Of a stretch of DNA of 64,000 nucleotides, positions 26,793 to 41,436 are shown one piece after another (the stretch's first letter is position 1; every line of letters starts with the position of its first letter). The notes below the pieces were generated by a model. That model made no database searches and was not told the origin of the DNA. It saw nothing but the letters and a program-made list of their open reading frames with translations. The stretch covers positions 37,068,469 to 37,132,468 of the forward strand of contig NC_068991.1 in NCBI RefSeq assembly GCF_001194135.2, in the 5' to 3' direction. The DNA is from Octopus bimaculoides. Taxonomy: Eukaryota. Both the position numbers and the translations under genes were made by a program.

Positions 26793-29204
26793 TAGGTATG
26801 CAATATTATAAAAGAGCATCGCATAGATCTGTATATGTATGTATTGTAGAACAGCAGATGCACCTATTAAGTTATAGGTGGTGGTGGTGGTGGAAGAGGC
26901 ATTCTAGTGTAAGTGGGTTACTTAAAAACATTATCAGTAGTTAGCAAACATTATCGGGCATGACCTAAGCAACAAAGAAAATTAAACAAAAGCAACAGGA
27001 GGAAATCTATTCTGTCCCCATTTTCCATCTCTAAGTCATGGGACCAACAGTTGACAAACATTTCTTAAAAGTATATCACACAAAACACAGCAGCAAACTT
27101 ATGTAAGTTTATAAACACAGCAAACAACAACAGCTAATGAAGGAGCCTCCGGATAGTTGCTCAGCTTGCTAGAAACGGGAGCCAAATCACCTTCATATCA
27201 TATCACGCCCTACAGTCTTAAAAATAAAAATTTTTTTTAAAAATGGAAAACATATTGCTGGATAACTTAGTTAATATACAATGTCTGGAAAAAAAAGACA
27301 AGATGGTTATGGCTGGACTACTTTTGATCATAGATCTGCTAAATCAAAGCTGATCAGGGGTGAAAACCAATGACAACCCTACACTGGTTTATAACAATAC
27401 AAACTATGAATGGAGCCTCTCAAAACTTGACTTGAATCTACCTCAATGCAATAGTTATAACTCACTTGAACCCCTTATTATAACTTAAATGAGCTCCACA
27501 CTTTGCAAGTTCTCAATTACATCTGAAACAGCAAGCCCACCTTTGCTTTTAAATAATTTCATTTATTACTCTAAATGGAAAATGGACAAGCAGACAAGGA
27601 AGCATCTATTTGGTTGCTAAATTTAATAGAAACAGCAGCCAAATATATTGTCTAAAGAAAAGGAAGAACACACTGGACAATAGATATAAAATAATTAGGA
27701 TGGCCATGGGTGGAAAGCCTCTGATCATAGGTCTGTGCTATCAAAGCCTAAGCAACAACATAAAGACTGGATGACCATGTTAAGAAACTTGTGATCAGAA
27801 CAATACAAAAGGCACATTAGACTGGGTTTGAACCAATGGCATATTTTCCATGTATTTGATCAGAAATGCCTTCCTGCTCCAGAAGAGGTGAATGTAGGCT
27901 ACTCAACAACTGCAAGAACAACAACATTAAAATACTAACAGCTGTGACAGTACTAGAATACTGGAATCTAACCAGCACACATTCCAGACTAATAGCACAC
28001 TAATTAGAGAAAATAAGCAAAAAGTAAATAAATCGACAAAAAAACTACTAATGACTCAACAAATGATTGGAAAAACAAAATTAGAAGTGATTAGTAGACC
28101 ACAGCAACAAAAACTCCATTTGTTTTTACAGTATGGAATGAGGTGCACTGATGTTAATATAGCAGTTTAACCTTTACAGTTGGTCTTCTACATTTGTGTA
28201 GTTGGTACTAGTAGAATCCATCACCTCTGTAAAATACTGACCACAGTACAGCTTTCTGTGATAAATTGTTTTAGTCTGACCAGTGTTCTTCTAACCCTGA
28301 CCATCTCATTTTCTGCCCTATTATATCAAGATTCAGTTACCAAGTATTTTTCAACTATTTTGAAGAGAATTGGATGAAGTTTGAAGGAGATCTGGCAACT
28401 ATTTCTAGCAAGTCAAATGATCACACAAAAGCTTCCAGACTGCCCATTTCTGTTACATCCAGAAGTAGAAACTCCAGGTGAACAGTGGAGAGAGTACAAC
28501 ATGCCTAGACTGCCACGTTGCGCCACACACTGCCCTATGGATCACAACCAGACAAAGCTATGGCATATTCAGAGTAATGGATCGCTCCTAGAGGGTCAGC
28601 TGATGAAGCCTGTTCAATCTATGTTGATATGGGACTACCAAAAAAAAAAAAAAAAAAAAAAATCAACAACTGTCCACATTGTAATTTTATGTGAAAGATA
28701 ATGGAGAGAAATAAGACGTAATGTTTACACTTTTCCTGGTCAAGTCAAAGTGAAATAAAATGGAATTACTGCCAATAGGAAACAAAAGTAAGTTCTAGAC
28801 ATAAATGGACCAAGAACTGACCACTGATCACCCTAAAACTGTTTGCATCAAATGTGAAGTATATGATTCTGAGGAGAGTAAAGAGTTGAAAAAGGGGTAG
28901 GAGTTCTAATATTCATGCCTTTCTATTAAGTGAAATGAAAACTCAAGGAGTATGGTGGCCACTTGAAAGAGTATCGTATTCAACTCATCTACAGCTAATT
29001 AGTACTCTCTGATATTCCCAGCAAAGCATCAAGAAATTGTGATAAGTGGATGATTAGAAAGAAAACACTGCTTCTTTCTTTTCTTTCTTTCTTTTTTTTT
29101 GTGAATGGAGAAATACTGAAGATTGACAGAGACCCTTCAATACACTGAGGTAAGTTTTAAATATTCAGTTAACAACTGAAATTACCTTATCTATTACCAT
29201 TGTC

Positions 29205-29574
29205 AAGGCAGTGAGCTAGCAGAATTGTTAGCATGCCAACCAAAAATACCTAGTGATATTTCATCTATCTTTACATTCTGAGTTCAAATTCTGCCGAGGT
29301 TGACTTTGCCTTTCATCCTTTCGGAGTTGATAAAATAAGTACCAGTTGAGCAGTGAGGTCAATGCAATCACCTTAGCCTCCACCCCTATATTTCAGGCCT
29401 TGTGCCTACAGTAGAAAGAAGTTTTATTTTTATTAATGAGTTCAAATTCCACCAAGGTTAACTTTGCTTTTCATCCTTTCAGGGTTCATAAAATATCAGT
29501 CAAGTACTGGGGGTCAATGTAATCAACTATCCCCTTCCTCCAAATTTCAGGCCTTGTGCCTATAGCAGAAAGGC

Positions 29575-29624
<50 letters not shown>

Positions 29625-30510
29625 TAGATAGCAAGCTGGTAGAATCATTACCACACTGGGCAAAATGTATAGTGTCATTTCATCTGACTTTACATTCTGA
29701 GTTCAAATTCCATCAAAATCCACTTTGCCTTTCATCCTTTCAGGGTCGATAAAATAAGTACCAGTTGAGCACTAGGGTCGATGCAATCAACTTACCCACT
29801 CCCCCAACATTTTAAAACATGATTATTATTTTCACTATCATTAAAGCAGTAAGTTGGCAGAATCGTTAGCATGCCGGGCAAAATGCTTAGCAGCATTTCG
29901 TCTGTCTTCATATTCTGAGTTCAAATTCCACTGAGGTCAGTTTTGCCTTTCATCCATACAGAGTGAATGAAATAAGTACCAGTTATGCACTGGGATCATT
30001 ATAATCGACTATCCCCTTCCCCATAATTTCAGGCCTTGTGCATTTAGTAGAAATGGTTACTGTTATTATTATTAAAGCATCGAGCTGGAAGAATTGTTAT
30101 CACACCAGACAAAATTCTTAGTAGCATTACATCCATTTTTATTTTCTGAGTTCAAATTCTGCTGAGGTTGACTTTGCTTTCATCCTTTAGGGTTCAATAG
30201 ATTAAATACCAGTGAAACACTGAGATCGATATAAACAGTTAGTCTCCTCCCTAAAAATTTGTGCCTTTAGTAGAAAGGATTATCATCATCATCATTATCA
30301 AGGATGTAAGTTGGCAGAGTTCTAAGTACATCTTAAAAAATGCTTTGCAGTATTTGTTCTGGCTCTTCACATTCTTAGTTCAAATCCCATTGAGGTCAAC
30401 CTTGCCTTTCATCCTTCTAGGGTTCATAAAATAAATACCAGTTAAGCACTGCGGTCAAAGTAATCAGCTTAACCCCCTCCCATAAAATTGTTGGTTTTGA
30501 GCCAAAACTT
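29205..30510 (+). mobile_element. Head-to-tail cluster of ~6 tRNA-derived SINEs (family B)
   Basis: Repeated gagctggcagaa...ctgagttcaaattc...ctttgcctttcatcctt...aagtaccagtt units, separated by ATT/TTA-rich tails. Confidence 0.88.
29576..29622. repeat. (TTA)n microsatellite
   Basis: Direct observation; it forms a SINE tail. Confidence 0.9.
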
Positions 30511-31854
30511 AAACCATTATTATTATTGTAATATAACCTATATATAACTGAGTGGCAGAAATGGTTATATGCCAGGCATGTAGTATTCAAATGTATCAAT
30601 AGTTTTCTTTACAGCTTAATTTTTTCCAACCTCTAATCACTCAAATATCGACTGAAGCCTAGAGCCTGGGTTTATTTGTTACATTTTCTCTTTTTTTTTT
30701 TTTATATCCAAGCGTAAGGAGTAGGCAGAGTTACATATGCTTGCACAGAGACATGTCCTCAAAATATTTAGCAGTAAGATTTAGATAAAACTAGAAACTA
30801 AGGCTATTGTGAGCTCTATATGATTTAATCGGCAGACTAAGTAGTAGTGCCATGAAAAATGCACTTGTGTCAGTGCCACTGAGATGCACCTATGCTGGTA
30901 GCATGTAAAATGCACCCAGAACACTCTGTAAAGTGGTTAGCATTAGGAAGGGCATCCAGCCATAGAAACCATGTCAAAACAGATAATCGGAGCCTGAACA
31001 GCTCTCTGGCTGACCAGAGAGTAGATGTTAAACGAAGATGATGACGACAAAAGATCCTGCAGCCAAAACCGATGTGGATGCTCTAAGGCTAATAAAATTC
31101 ATAAGGTTAATGTTTAATTTGAATATCTATTAAGGTGAAGTCTGTAGGAAAGAGATGAATAGGATTGATGTTTTGAAGATTAAAAATTGGGACTCACGAA
31201 AAGAAAGAAAGAAAAAATGTTTTAGAATATTTCCAGGTGATGCCATTAAGTTATACAAAACATTAGAATACTGCTGGTTGAAATTTATTTAAAGTTCTCA
31301 AAAGAGACATATATAGCAAGATGCAAAGATAACAGATGCAAATATGTTTACAGATCTTGAGCACTAAATATTAATTGTAAATGTTCCATGTCATTTTGTT
31401 GTGAACAGAAGCAAAGTCATATAGGTTCTTCTAGAAGTACTACCCGTAGTAGTGGTGGTGGTGGTGGTGGTGATAGTAAGATTTAACCCAGAAGAAGAGA
31501 ATCATCTCTAACACACCAGTCAAAGGATAAGCATCATCACCTTATGAACAAAATTGTGTAAGAGTACTAGTGAGTTGGTCTTTTTTAATTTTAATTTTCA
31601 AAAGTTGCAGTAGAAGAGAGAGACAGAGAAGAGGCAAGGAAAGAGAGAGAGAGTGTGTGTGTGTAGGAAGAGTAAGTGAGACATGAGGAGAAAGAGACTA
31701 TCAAGTAAATACACTTATAAACTTGGCAAACATACTTGAAGTGAAGGAGAGTGAAAGAGAGAAAGACAGAGATTAGATAATAAAGCTGACAGCATTAGAA
31801 AACATTATATATATATCTATATATATATATATATATATGAACTTGTTCTCTCAC

Positions 31855-33138
31855 TTAACTGCTTCTCATTCGCGGGTGAGTTTTACCAGCATGTCTTGGG
31901 AGTGGCCATGGGAACGAGAATGAGCCCCAACTATGTGAACCTGTTCGCATACGTTGCTACGTTGAGGCCCAAATATTCTCCAGTTTCACTGGTCCCACTC
32001 CTGAACTATACGGTCACTATATTGATGACTGTATTGGTGCGACCTCACTCTCCAGCGAACATCTAGACTCCTTCCTCTCTTTTGTCAAATCTTACCATCC
32101 TGCCCTCCACTTCTCCTGCACTATCTCTGACACCTCTGTCTCCTTTCTTGACATTTCAGTCAGCATTCATCACTCCACTCTCACCACCTCCATCCACTAC
32201 AAACACACAGACTCACACTCATACCTCAACTTCTCCTCCTCCCACCCTAAACACACCAAGCTCTCCATCCCCTATTCCCAATTCCTCTATCTACACAGGG
32301 TCTACAGTGACAACCATGACTTTGAGACTCAATCTCAACTCATGGCTCATCACTTCATCCTACGCGGATATCCCCTCACCACTATCCACACTACCCTTGC
32401 CAGAGCACATTCCATGGACCGTTTATCTCCTCTCTTCCCCAACCCCTGCACCCGTCCTGCCGTCACCTGTCTCCTGTTTCCCCTCACCTACCACCCCACC
32501 ATCTCTACACATCCCATCCCACCCCCACCTCATCCCTTAGNNNNNNNNNNNNNNNNNNNNNNNNNNNNNNNNNNNNNNNNNNNNNNNNNNNNNNNNNNNN
32601 NNNNNNNNNNNNNNNNCCAGCACACACCAGGGCACACACTAGCACTGACCACTTCCCAGCACCTACACCATCATCCACATACCTACATATGCACACACAT
32701 CAATGTCACCAGCCCCCTTCCACATGCACATACACACTCACACACACACATGCATGTGCACCTTCATTTTGGGATCACCACTACTTTATTATGTCCCCTT
32801 CTTCCTAGCTCTCCTGTGTGACCCCTCTGTCCAGCATTCGCCATGATAGATCACTAGCCACTAAACCTTTTTCTATTTTCTCTCTCTGTTTATTTCTCTG
32901 TTCCTTTCTGTTGAAGAGCATAGGCTTGAAATGTAGAAGACATTCTCACTTCCTGAGCGTTAAACTCACACATCTGTTTGTTGTTTACATACCCGTCTTC
33001 GTCTTTTGCTTTTTTGTAAATTCTCACTATATATATATATATATATATATCGTTTTTTTTTTAAAAAAAAAAACAATATATATAGTGAGAATTTACAAAA
33101 AAAAAAGACGAAGACTGGTGTGTAAACAACAAACAGAT
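31855..33138 (+). mobile_element. Penelope-like retroelement fragment (RT) with inverted 3' tail
   Basis: NCFSFAGEFYQHVLGVAMGTRMSPNYVNLF, YIDDCIG, SFLDISV and SHPKHTKLSIPYSQFL. Tail 32972-33036 is repeated inverted at 33076-33138. Confidence 0.88.
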
Positions 33139-33364
33139 AATCCACATAATAAGACAAAGACATACTTTAACACATTTTTAATAATCAGTTACAACTATTT
33201 ATGTACCATGTCTGCTTTCAACGCCAGTTTATGTAAAAGCTCAAAGTGAAAATTTACATAATATTTACAGTTTTATACATTAGAGTAGCACTTCAGACTT
33301 GTCTCGAAGGTGTGTTCTTATATTGTCTGTCTGTCTCTCATATATACACAGGCATACATATATA

Positions 33365-35840
33365 CAGGCATACCTCACTCAACTTTGTTAATTGGTTCCA
33401 GGAAACATGTCTTAAGTCAAATTAACTTGTCTCTAGGCTAGGCTAGACTGAATTTACTTGCCTTTAGGCTAAACCAATAGTAACCATTCCCAATTCTGTA
33501 CTTTATTTATGAATGAATTTTCAATAATATATGGTTAATAAAAACCTATTTTAAGCTTACAAACAATTTTTATTTTTTAACACAGTACAGTAAGAAAAAA
33601 AGCAATCTAAATTTATGAATACAATTCAGCAATGTTTACCGTACATCGCGGATACTTTATTTATGAATGTAGTTTGCAATAAGACATCGTAAAATAGAAG
33701 CCTTTTTTAAACTTAAAAAACAAATTCAGTAATTATTATCATTTTGTAATAGTAAAAAAAAAATAAATTATTTAAAATTTACCAATACGTACATACAGTT
33801 TGATGGTTTGCATCACAGATGTAGATGGCTGTGGATTGTCAACATCAACAGCTGACTCTGGCTGTTATTCTGGTTCGGTGCACTTAAAAAACCTGTTTAG
33901 AGTTCCTTGAACTGTCTTCTTTTCTCCAAGGATTACATTATAAGGAGCAAAAGCTTCGTGACAAGCTCCCATAATCTTGGAAAAGCGTTGAGCATTTGGG
34001 TCCATATCCTTGAACATAGAAAGACCTTTTTTGATATATGCAAATGCTTGCTGCATTTTCTTAATGGTGAAGTGACGTGGGCTAGATTCAACTTCCTCTT
34101 CTTTATTTTGCTGCTCATGAAGCTCTATCAAATACTCGTTCATCAGGGGCTGCTTGTCTTTTTCAAATAAATTCATGAAATCTTCCTCTTCCAAATCTAT
34201 TTCCAGTTCTTTGCTCGTAGTCACCAACATTTTGTTGATGGCAACATTATCAAACCCCTTAAAATCATTCACAAATTGTAGGCATATCTTCTTTCATACA
34301 CCACTCATAGCCGTGCACTGTACATCATTCCACGCTGCAGCTATGTTCTGTACAGCCTTGTAGACAACATATCTCTTCCAAAAGTCATGAAGTGTGATGG
34401 ACTCATCAAGATCAGTTGCAGCTATTGCTTGCCGCAGCATACATTTCATATAGTAACGCTTGAAGGTAGCAATTATTCCCGGATCCATTGGCTGCAGAAG
34501 AGATGGTGGTGTTCGGAGGGAGGCATACTACGATTAATGTTGGGATCAAAATCTACTATGTTTTGCAGGTGGCCAGGAGTATTATATAAGATAGGTAAAA
34601 TCTTAAAAGGAATTCCTTTTTCCTTACAGTACTTCTCTACTGCTGGGATAAAATGATTGAAGAACCAATCTTCAAAAACAACAACAGTAACTCATGCTTT
34701 TGAATTAGCCATCCATATAACAGGGAGAGATGCCTAGGGTATGTTCTTCAGTGTACGGAGGTTGCATGCATGATACACAACTTAAAATCTCCTGCACTGT
34801 TACCTCCCAACATAATGGTCATATCTTCTTTTGAGACCTTGTAGCCTGTATAGTTTTTTTTTCTCCTTTTCGGAAATGAACGAATGGTCTGGCAATTTTT
34901 TCCAATACAATCCAGTTTTGTCTATATTAAAAATCTGTTCAGGAACAAACCTGTTTTCTTTGATGATTTTCTTTAATGCATTAGGAAATTCCACTGCTGC
35001 TTGTTCATCAGCTAATGCACTTTCACCTTGCTTCTTAATGGGGTGATAACTTCGCTCCTTAAAGTTCATGAACCATTCCTTGACTTACCTTGAACTCTAT
35101 ATCTTTCTCATCTGGATATTTTTTCTTCAGGTCCTCAAACAAAGACAACACTTTCTCTTGAATGATTTCTTGACTAATAGTAGCATGCTGACAATTCAAC
35201 TTAACAATCCAAAGAGAAAGAAGACTTTCCATTTCTTCAAAGATCTTGCCTCTTTTCTTATTGATGACAGTGTTCTTCATCCCTGGGGCTTCAGATTGGA
35301 TATGTGCTAGAATCTTGTCCATATTGTGTACAATCATTGATAGAGTTGTCTGACTCATCCCAAAAGATCATACAATTGCTACCACATTTTCACCTTCTTC
35401 ACGGTGTTTTATCACAGACAGTTTATCTTCCAGCATTATAGCATGACACTTAGCACTTTCACTATGAATTTTCTTAGAAACCATAGGGGCAAAAAATAAA
35501 GTTACAAATGAATGAGAATGAGAAAGTAGCCAATAAACAGACATAAACAAATCTGAATTCAAAACAATCGTGTGAATCATGAGTGACGACGACGCCTACT
35601 GGTAGATATTGGAACTACTGTGCAATATGGGCTCCGAAAGACGATAAATAAGACGACACAGCTGATTTCATTATTTTGTTCACTAAGCTACACTACTTTA
35701 TGGTGTGTATCTTAAACATTTACTGTAAATATTCTAATATGATTTTATATGCTTTTATTCTTATTTATTGTAGAGTAACATGATTTTATGTGCTTTTAAC
35801 AGTTTTCTGGTGATTTTACAAATCCAATATTTGTGGCAGA
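33365..35840 (-). mobile_element. Decayed Tigger/pogo (CENP-B HTH plus DDE_1) transposon
   Basis: TA|CAGGCATACCTC terminus at 33365. Fragments LEDKLSVIKHREEGE, EQIFNIDKTGLYWKKLP and MDPGIIATFKRYY. The other end was not located and may lie in or beyond the gap. Confidence 0.9.
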
Positions 35841-36277
35841 CAGANNNNNNNNNNNNNNNNNNNNNNNNNNNNNNNNNNNNNNNNNNNNNNNNNNNNNNNN
35901 NNNNNNNNNNNNNNNNNNNNNNNNNNNNNNNNNNNNNNNNNNNNNNNNNNNNNNNNNNNNNNNNNNNNNNNNNNNNNNNNNNNNNNNNNNNNNNNNNNNN
36001 NNNNNNNNNNNNNNNNNNNNNNNNNNNNNNNNNNNNNNNNNNNNNNNNNNNNNNNNNNNNNNNNNNNNNNNNNNNNNNNNNNNNNNNNNNNNNNNNNNNN
36101 NNNNNNNNNNNNNNNNNNNNNNNNNNNNNNNNNTGTTGGCGTGGGCTCCCACCCTGGCATCGGGAACTCGGAGTTTTATCATGGCTACTGAATAAGTGTC
36201 ACATATTTTTACAGATAAATTCCTCTATTTGCATAATATCGAGGTCTCTTTCTTTCTTTTGTTGTCCTTCCTGTCAA

Positions 36278-36308
<31 letters not shown>

Positions 36309-37049
36309 TATAAAGAGAGAGATATAAACTTTTTAAGTATGGGGTTGAGAGGACCCTTTAGTCTTATCAAAGTATGACAACTTCTCTAGAGCTGACACCA
36401 GGAAAAAATGCACTCAGCAAGTGATTCGTGTTAGCTATGGCATCCAGCTGTAGAAACCAAATCAAAACTGAAATATGCAACCAAATATGACTTGGTAGCA
36501 TAATGCATGCTCTCACTAATAATTTTAGATACCTGTGTAGTCATGAGCAGGTATAGAAACTTTGTCATCTATCCTGCCTTTGATTCAGAACATCAAGAAT
36601 GTGACAGCTGGAAAGAGAGAGAGGGCTGCACCAGCACTTGGTTAGAACAATATCAAATGAAGTGTCTTGCTCAAGCTCACAATATGCTGCCTGGTTCAGA
36701 AATCATAAAACCAACACCCCTAACTACAAGACAATGTACATTCACTGCACACAGCTGATTTTAGGCTGAAATTACTGAAGGTATTAATAAGGTTTTCTTA
36801 ATGTATCTAAAGTGCCGTGTCATATTGGTGTATAACCTATTCATCATCTCTGTAACTCATAATCTATATATGTAAATTTCTTATTCAGTACCTCAGTGCA
36901 GTCCTATGAGACTATGTAATCACGTACCTCAATACTATCATACTATCACATACTTACATCAAGAGTACCTGTTGGACACCACTTTTTGACTGGGCAATAT
37001 CTTTGTAAATATATATATATATATAAACCCAGAGATTTCCTAACATGTA

Positions 37050-37277
37050 CAGTAATCCTTCGACTATTGCGAGTGTTACTTCCCAAACCCCCACCACCAC
37101 TACCATGGGTGAAAATCTGCAAAGTAGAAACAGTACTGTACTGTATTTTTTTGTATTGTCTTCATAATTTTTATATATTTATTTTATTATAAATGCAAAG
37201 CAACACTCGGGAGGAATTGATGTAAGATTAAATAATAAACTGTGATAGGTGAACTGCGATATGGTGAAGGATTACTG
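37050..37277. mobile_element. Tigger-type MITE
   Basis: TA|CAGTAATCCTTC...GAAGGATTACTG|TA: 12-bp TIR with TA TSD. Confidence 0.8.
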
Positions 37278-39747
37278 TATAACAAACATCATCATCTAGT
37301 GTGTATAAATATATATTTATAATGTTGCTATATATCTAAGTAAGTTCTAAGAGACTAAGGAGTAGGGTATTTAGAAGGATAGAATTCCACAATATCTTAA
37401 GAGTTATTTTTATTATATATGTTAATAAACCAGCAAATAACTGTGTTGCTATTTCCTAATCATTGGCGATTGGTTGTTTCTCTGATATTAAAGTTATTCT
37501 TGCTACACACATAGCTGACAGCATGGTTGTCTGGATATAGAATATGCTTCATAACAACAAGGTCATTGAGTTGTGTAGTACTGAATGTCACTTTGGGCAA
37601 ATATCTTTTATTATAGCCTTCTGAATGAAATTGTTAAAAAGAAACTCTATGGAAGCCAGTCGCGTGTGTGTATTCTTAAAAACTCATTGAAATACCAGCA
37701 GTGGAATGGAACTCATCACCCAAGAGTAGATAGTACAATTCCTTGTCTACTCAGTCACTGTGAACTGAAAAGACTAAACAAACAAGACCAGCAGCAAACA
37801 TATTTCATTGAAACACAATTACTTAGGGTCACAAGATGCAACATTAGTGCAACTATAGAAGAATTACACTAGGCGTATATTTATTACTGAGACCCCTACA
37901 CATCTACACACAAACTCACATACACGTAACAATTGTGTGTGCAACAGCCACCATGTGACATCAAGCATTATTATTATTTTCAATTGTTCAACAGTAGTCA
38001 GCTGTAGCAGCACTCATGAAGTAAGGTCTATGATCTGCTGAGACATCTCAGAATACACAGTAAATAGATTTTCTTAGGCAGGTGATCTAATTAATACCAG
38101 AGTTGGCTGCAGTAAATTTTTTTCTAAAAAAAGGCATAATTACTAGAATAAGAAAGAGGTAAAAGAAGCTGAAAGGGTCCTGTTTCCTCTTTTCTTATCT
38201 CTTACTTATTTCAGTCATTAGACTGTAGCTATGCTGTGGCACTGCCTTGAAGAATTTTTAGACAATTGAATTAATCCTCAGTACTTTTTTTAAGCCTGGT
38301 ACTTATTCTATTGGTCTCTTTTGCCAAACTGCTAAGTTATGGAGATATAAGTACGCCAACATTGGTTGTTATGCCGTAATGAGGGACAAACACATACTCA
38401 CTTTCTCTCTCTCTCTCTCACATACACACACACACACACATGCGCACACGCAATAGGCTTCTTTCAGTTTCTGTCTACCAAATCCACTCACAAGGCTTTA
38501 GTCAGCCTGAGACTACAGTAGAAGACACTTGGCCAAGGTACCATGTAGTGGGACTGAACCAGGAACCATGCAGGGAAACAAGCTTCTTACCACACAGCCA
38601 CATCTGTGCCTCTGTTGATAAAAATTCATTTCTTTGTATGTGTGACAAGCTGAGTGTGTATGAGATGTGTGCAAGAAAGTGTGAAGATATATGTTAGTGA
38701 AACATTGGAAGTGAATGCAGATCTGAAATGGCTGGCAAAGAAATTTGTTGGATGTGAAATGTTAACCTATATGAAAAGTGAAGTACAATAAAGTTGGGTA
38801 TTAAAGACAGTAGTTGATATTGGTGACTGGGCTGGTATGGAAATGTGATGTTAAGGAAAATGAGCTGAGGCAGGTTGAAAAATTAATCCTTTGAGTTCTG
38901 TTACTAAAAGCTTGTGAAAAATAGCATAAGAAGTGGTAAGATAAGACTTGAGGAAGTCAGGTCTTTCAGCTATGACAAAAGACTGATGTACAATATGTTG
39001 TACAGAAGAGCTCACCATCTCTTACTACAATGGAAGAACATATAATATGATGATCATCATAAGTATGAAGATGATATGATGCTGATAATTCACACCTGTA
39101 GCAGCCATCTGTAACTTGAAATGAATGTGAGACAACAGACCTCATTAGTACACTAAAGCAGGTGATAGAGGAGACAGAAATGAAGAAGCTGAGTGTTGTT
39201 AAATTAGTCAAAGCAGTGAAACAAGTTAACAAGACATCAAACTGTCACCAACAGGTTTCACAGAAACTGGAATCACTAGGGAAGGGAGGTTGTTAGGTTG
39301 AAGAAAAGCAAACAGTTCAAGAACAGACTTGATAAATATTGAAAGAACATGAAATTTGAAAGACACTATTAATTTGAAGAGATGGGCATATTATAAATAC
39401 ATTTTACGTTGTAAAGTGATGTAAGAAGTAAAGTAGAAGTCGGTGATAATGGTAAACTGCAGCAAAATTATCAAAGATAACCCTGGTGGTAAAGAACAAG
39501 TGTTACTGGCATCCTGTAGCTAGGCTGGTTACCACCTAGTGGTGACAGATAGTAACTAATGTCAACTAAGAAAGGAAATTTAAGTCTGTGGATGGTAGAA
39601 GTGTGTAATGCAAGAATGCAAAGACAAAGATGATGATGTCAATAATAAAGAAAACAGTAACACTAATAAAAATGATACATTTTCCCAATGAAACAGAACA
39701 ATAGACTATACATGTAAATAAACATATATATACATTATTTATATATA

Positions 39748-40977
39748 TTGGTTCATCCCATAAATAATGCAGTTTTTTCAATTGCATGAGCTAAAAGTCG
39801 GAAGAGGATGGGATAAACTACCAGTATCAACTTGCTATAAAAGCAGGTAGTAAATTTACTTTATGCTTACTCTTAGTGCAAGTTTTGAAGAGTGCAGTTC
39901 TATTTTAACAGTTATTTTTTTCAAAGCTATAATGGAAGTGACAAAAGAGCATATTCAGCATATTTTGCATTATAAGTTCAATAAAGGTAACAACGCAACA
40001 GAAAGTGTGAGGAATATTAATGCAGTAAATGGGGATCGGACAATAAGTGTAAGCCAGTGTCAACGGTGGTTCCAGAAATTCCAAGTCAGAAACTACAGCC
40101 TAGAAGACAAGCCTCGTCCTGGAAGATCTGTAGAGCTTGACAAGGACGTCCTGCAAATCCATTGCAACTGTTGAGGAACTAGCAGAGAAGCTTTAATTTG
40201 GTCATTCAACCATTCTTCAACACCTGCATGCCATCAGAAAAGTTAGCATATTGGGTCAATGGATTCCTCACAAACTTTCCAAGTCTAATCACATGCAGAG
40301 AGTGAATGTGTGCTCTTCTTTGCTGTCACGTCTCACAAATGAACCTTTTTTGGACCGATGAGAAATGGGTTCTCTATAAAAATGTCAAGCGCTGAAGACA
40401 GTAAGAAGGGAAAGGAGAAACACCAGCACCTCAGGCTAAAGAAGGCCTTCACCCATGTAAGGTGTTGTTATCTGTTTGGTGGGATATGAAAGGTTTAGTC
40501 CACTTTGAACTTTTAAACCCAAACCAAATGATAACAAAGATCTACTACAAGCAGCTTGAGCGACGTAAGTCAGCACTAGGAGAAAAATGACCATCCTTGG
40601 TGTTCTTCCATCAGGATAATGCTCGGCCACATAACATACAGTGAGGATGACATTCCAAAGGCTGCAGCAGTTTGAATTGGAAATGATGCCCTACCCACCA
40701 TATTCACCAGACATTGCCCCATCTGATTACCATTTATTCTGCAGTCTACAAAACCATTTGGATAGAAAAAATATGAATTCTGTAGATGAGGTCAGAACAG
40801 TACTGGAGGAGTATTTTTCTTCATGGATAAGTGAATTTTGCAAGTCTGCCAGATAGATGGAAGAGCATTGTAGAAAACAAAGGAGGGTATATTTTAGATT
40901 AAAAAAGAACTTTGTTTAACTTAATTTTGAAAAATAAAAGAAGTATAAGAAAACCACATCATTTATGGGATGACCAA
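39748..40977 (+). mobile_element. Near full-length, inactivated mariner (D34D) element
   Basis: TA TSD; TIRs ttggttcatcccataaataatg / catcatttatgggatgaccaa. Transposase from ATG 39932 with HQDNARPH and YSPDIAPSDYHLF motifs; frameshifts and stops. Confidence 0.93.
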
Positions 40978-41436
40978 TAGTTTACACTGATAGATATTCC
41001 CATTGTCAGTTATCTCCAATGAGGTGCCTAAGATTCTAGCACCTATCCATATAGTAATATCTTAAAGCTATCAGCAAACACAACATTCAGGAATTATGAT
41101 TATGAATAACAGAAAGAATTGTGAACAGGAATACAAAATTTTAAAAAACTAGATTGCTGTAGTGCTGAACTCAAAAGAAAACCTCTGCAAGAAAGTAACA
41201 TCATATCATTCAGTTCTTTTATCCACACTGACCAAAAAAACACTCCGCATATTTGTGTGGAATCAAAAGAATCCAAAGTAGAGAGAAATAATACAAAACA
41301 AGCGCAATACATATTTACTCTATCAAAAGTGAAGAATATTTATTTCGTTAGGAGTTTTGGATGGGTCTCTTAAAATATCAGGATTTGACATGTGTTCACA
41401 CATACACACACACACATGTATATATATATACATATA

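Noticed and set aside
35780-36313. ORFs spanning N-gaps (also 44174-44592 and 17192-17389)
   Set aside because: Artefacts of translating through Ns.
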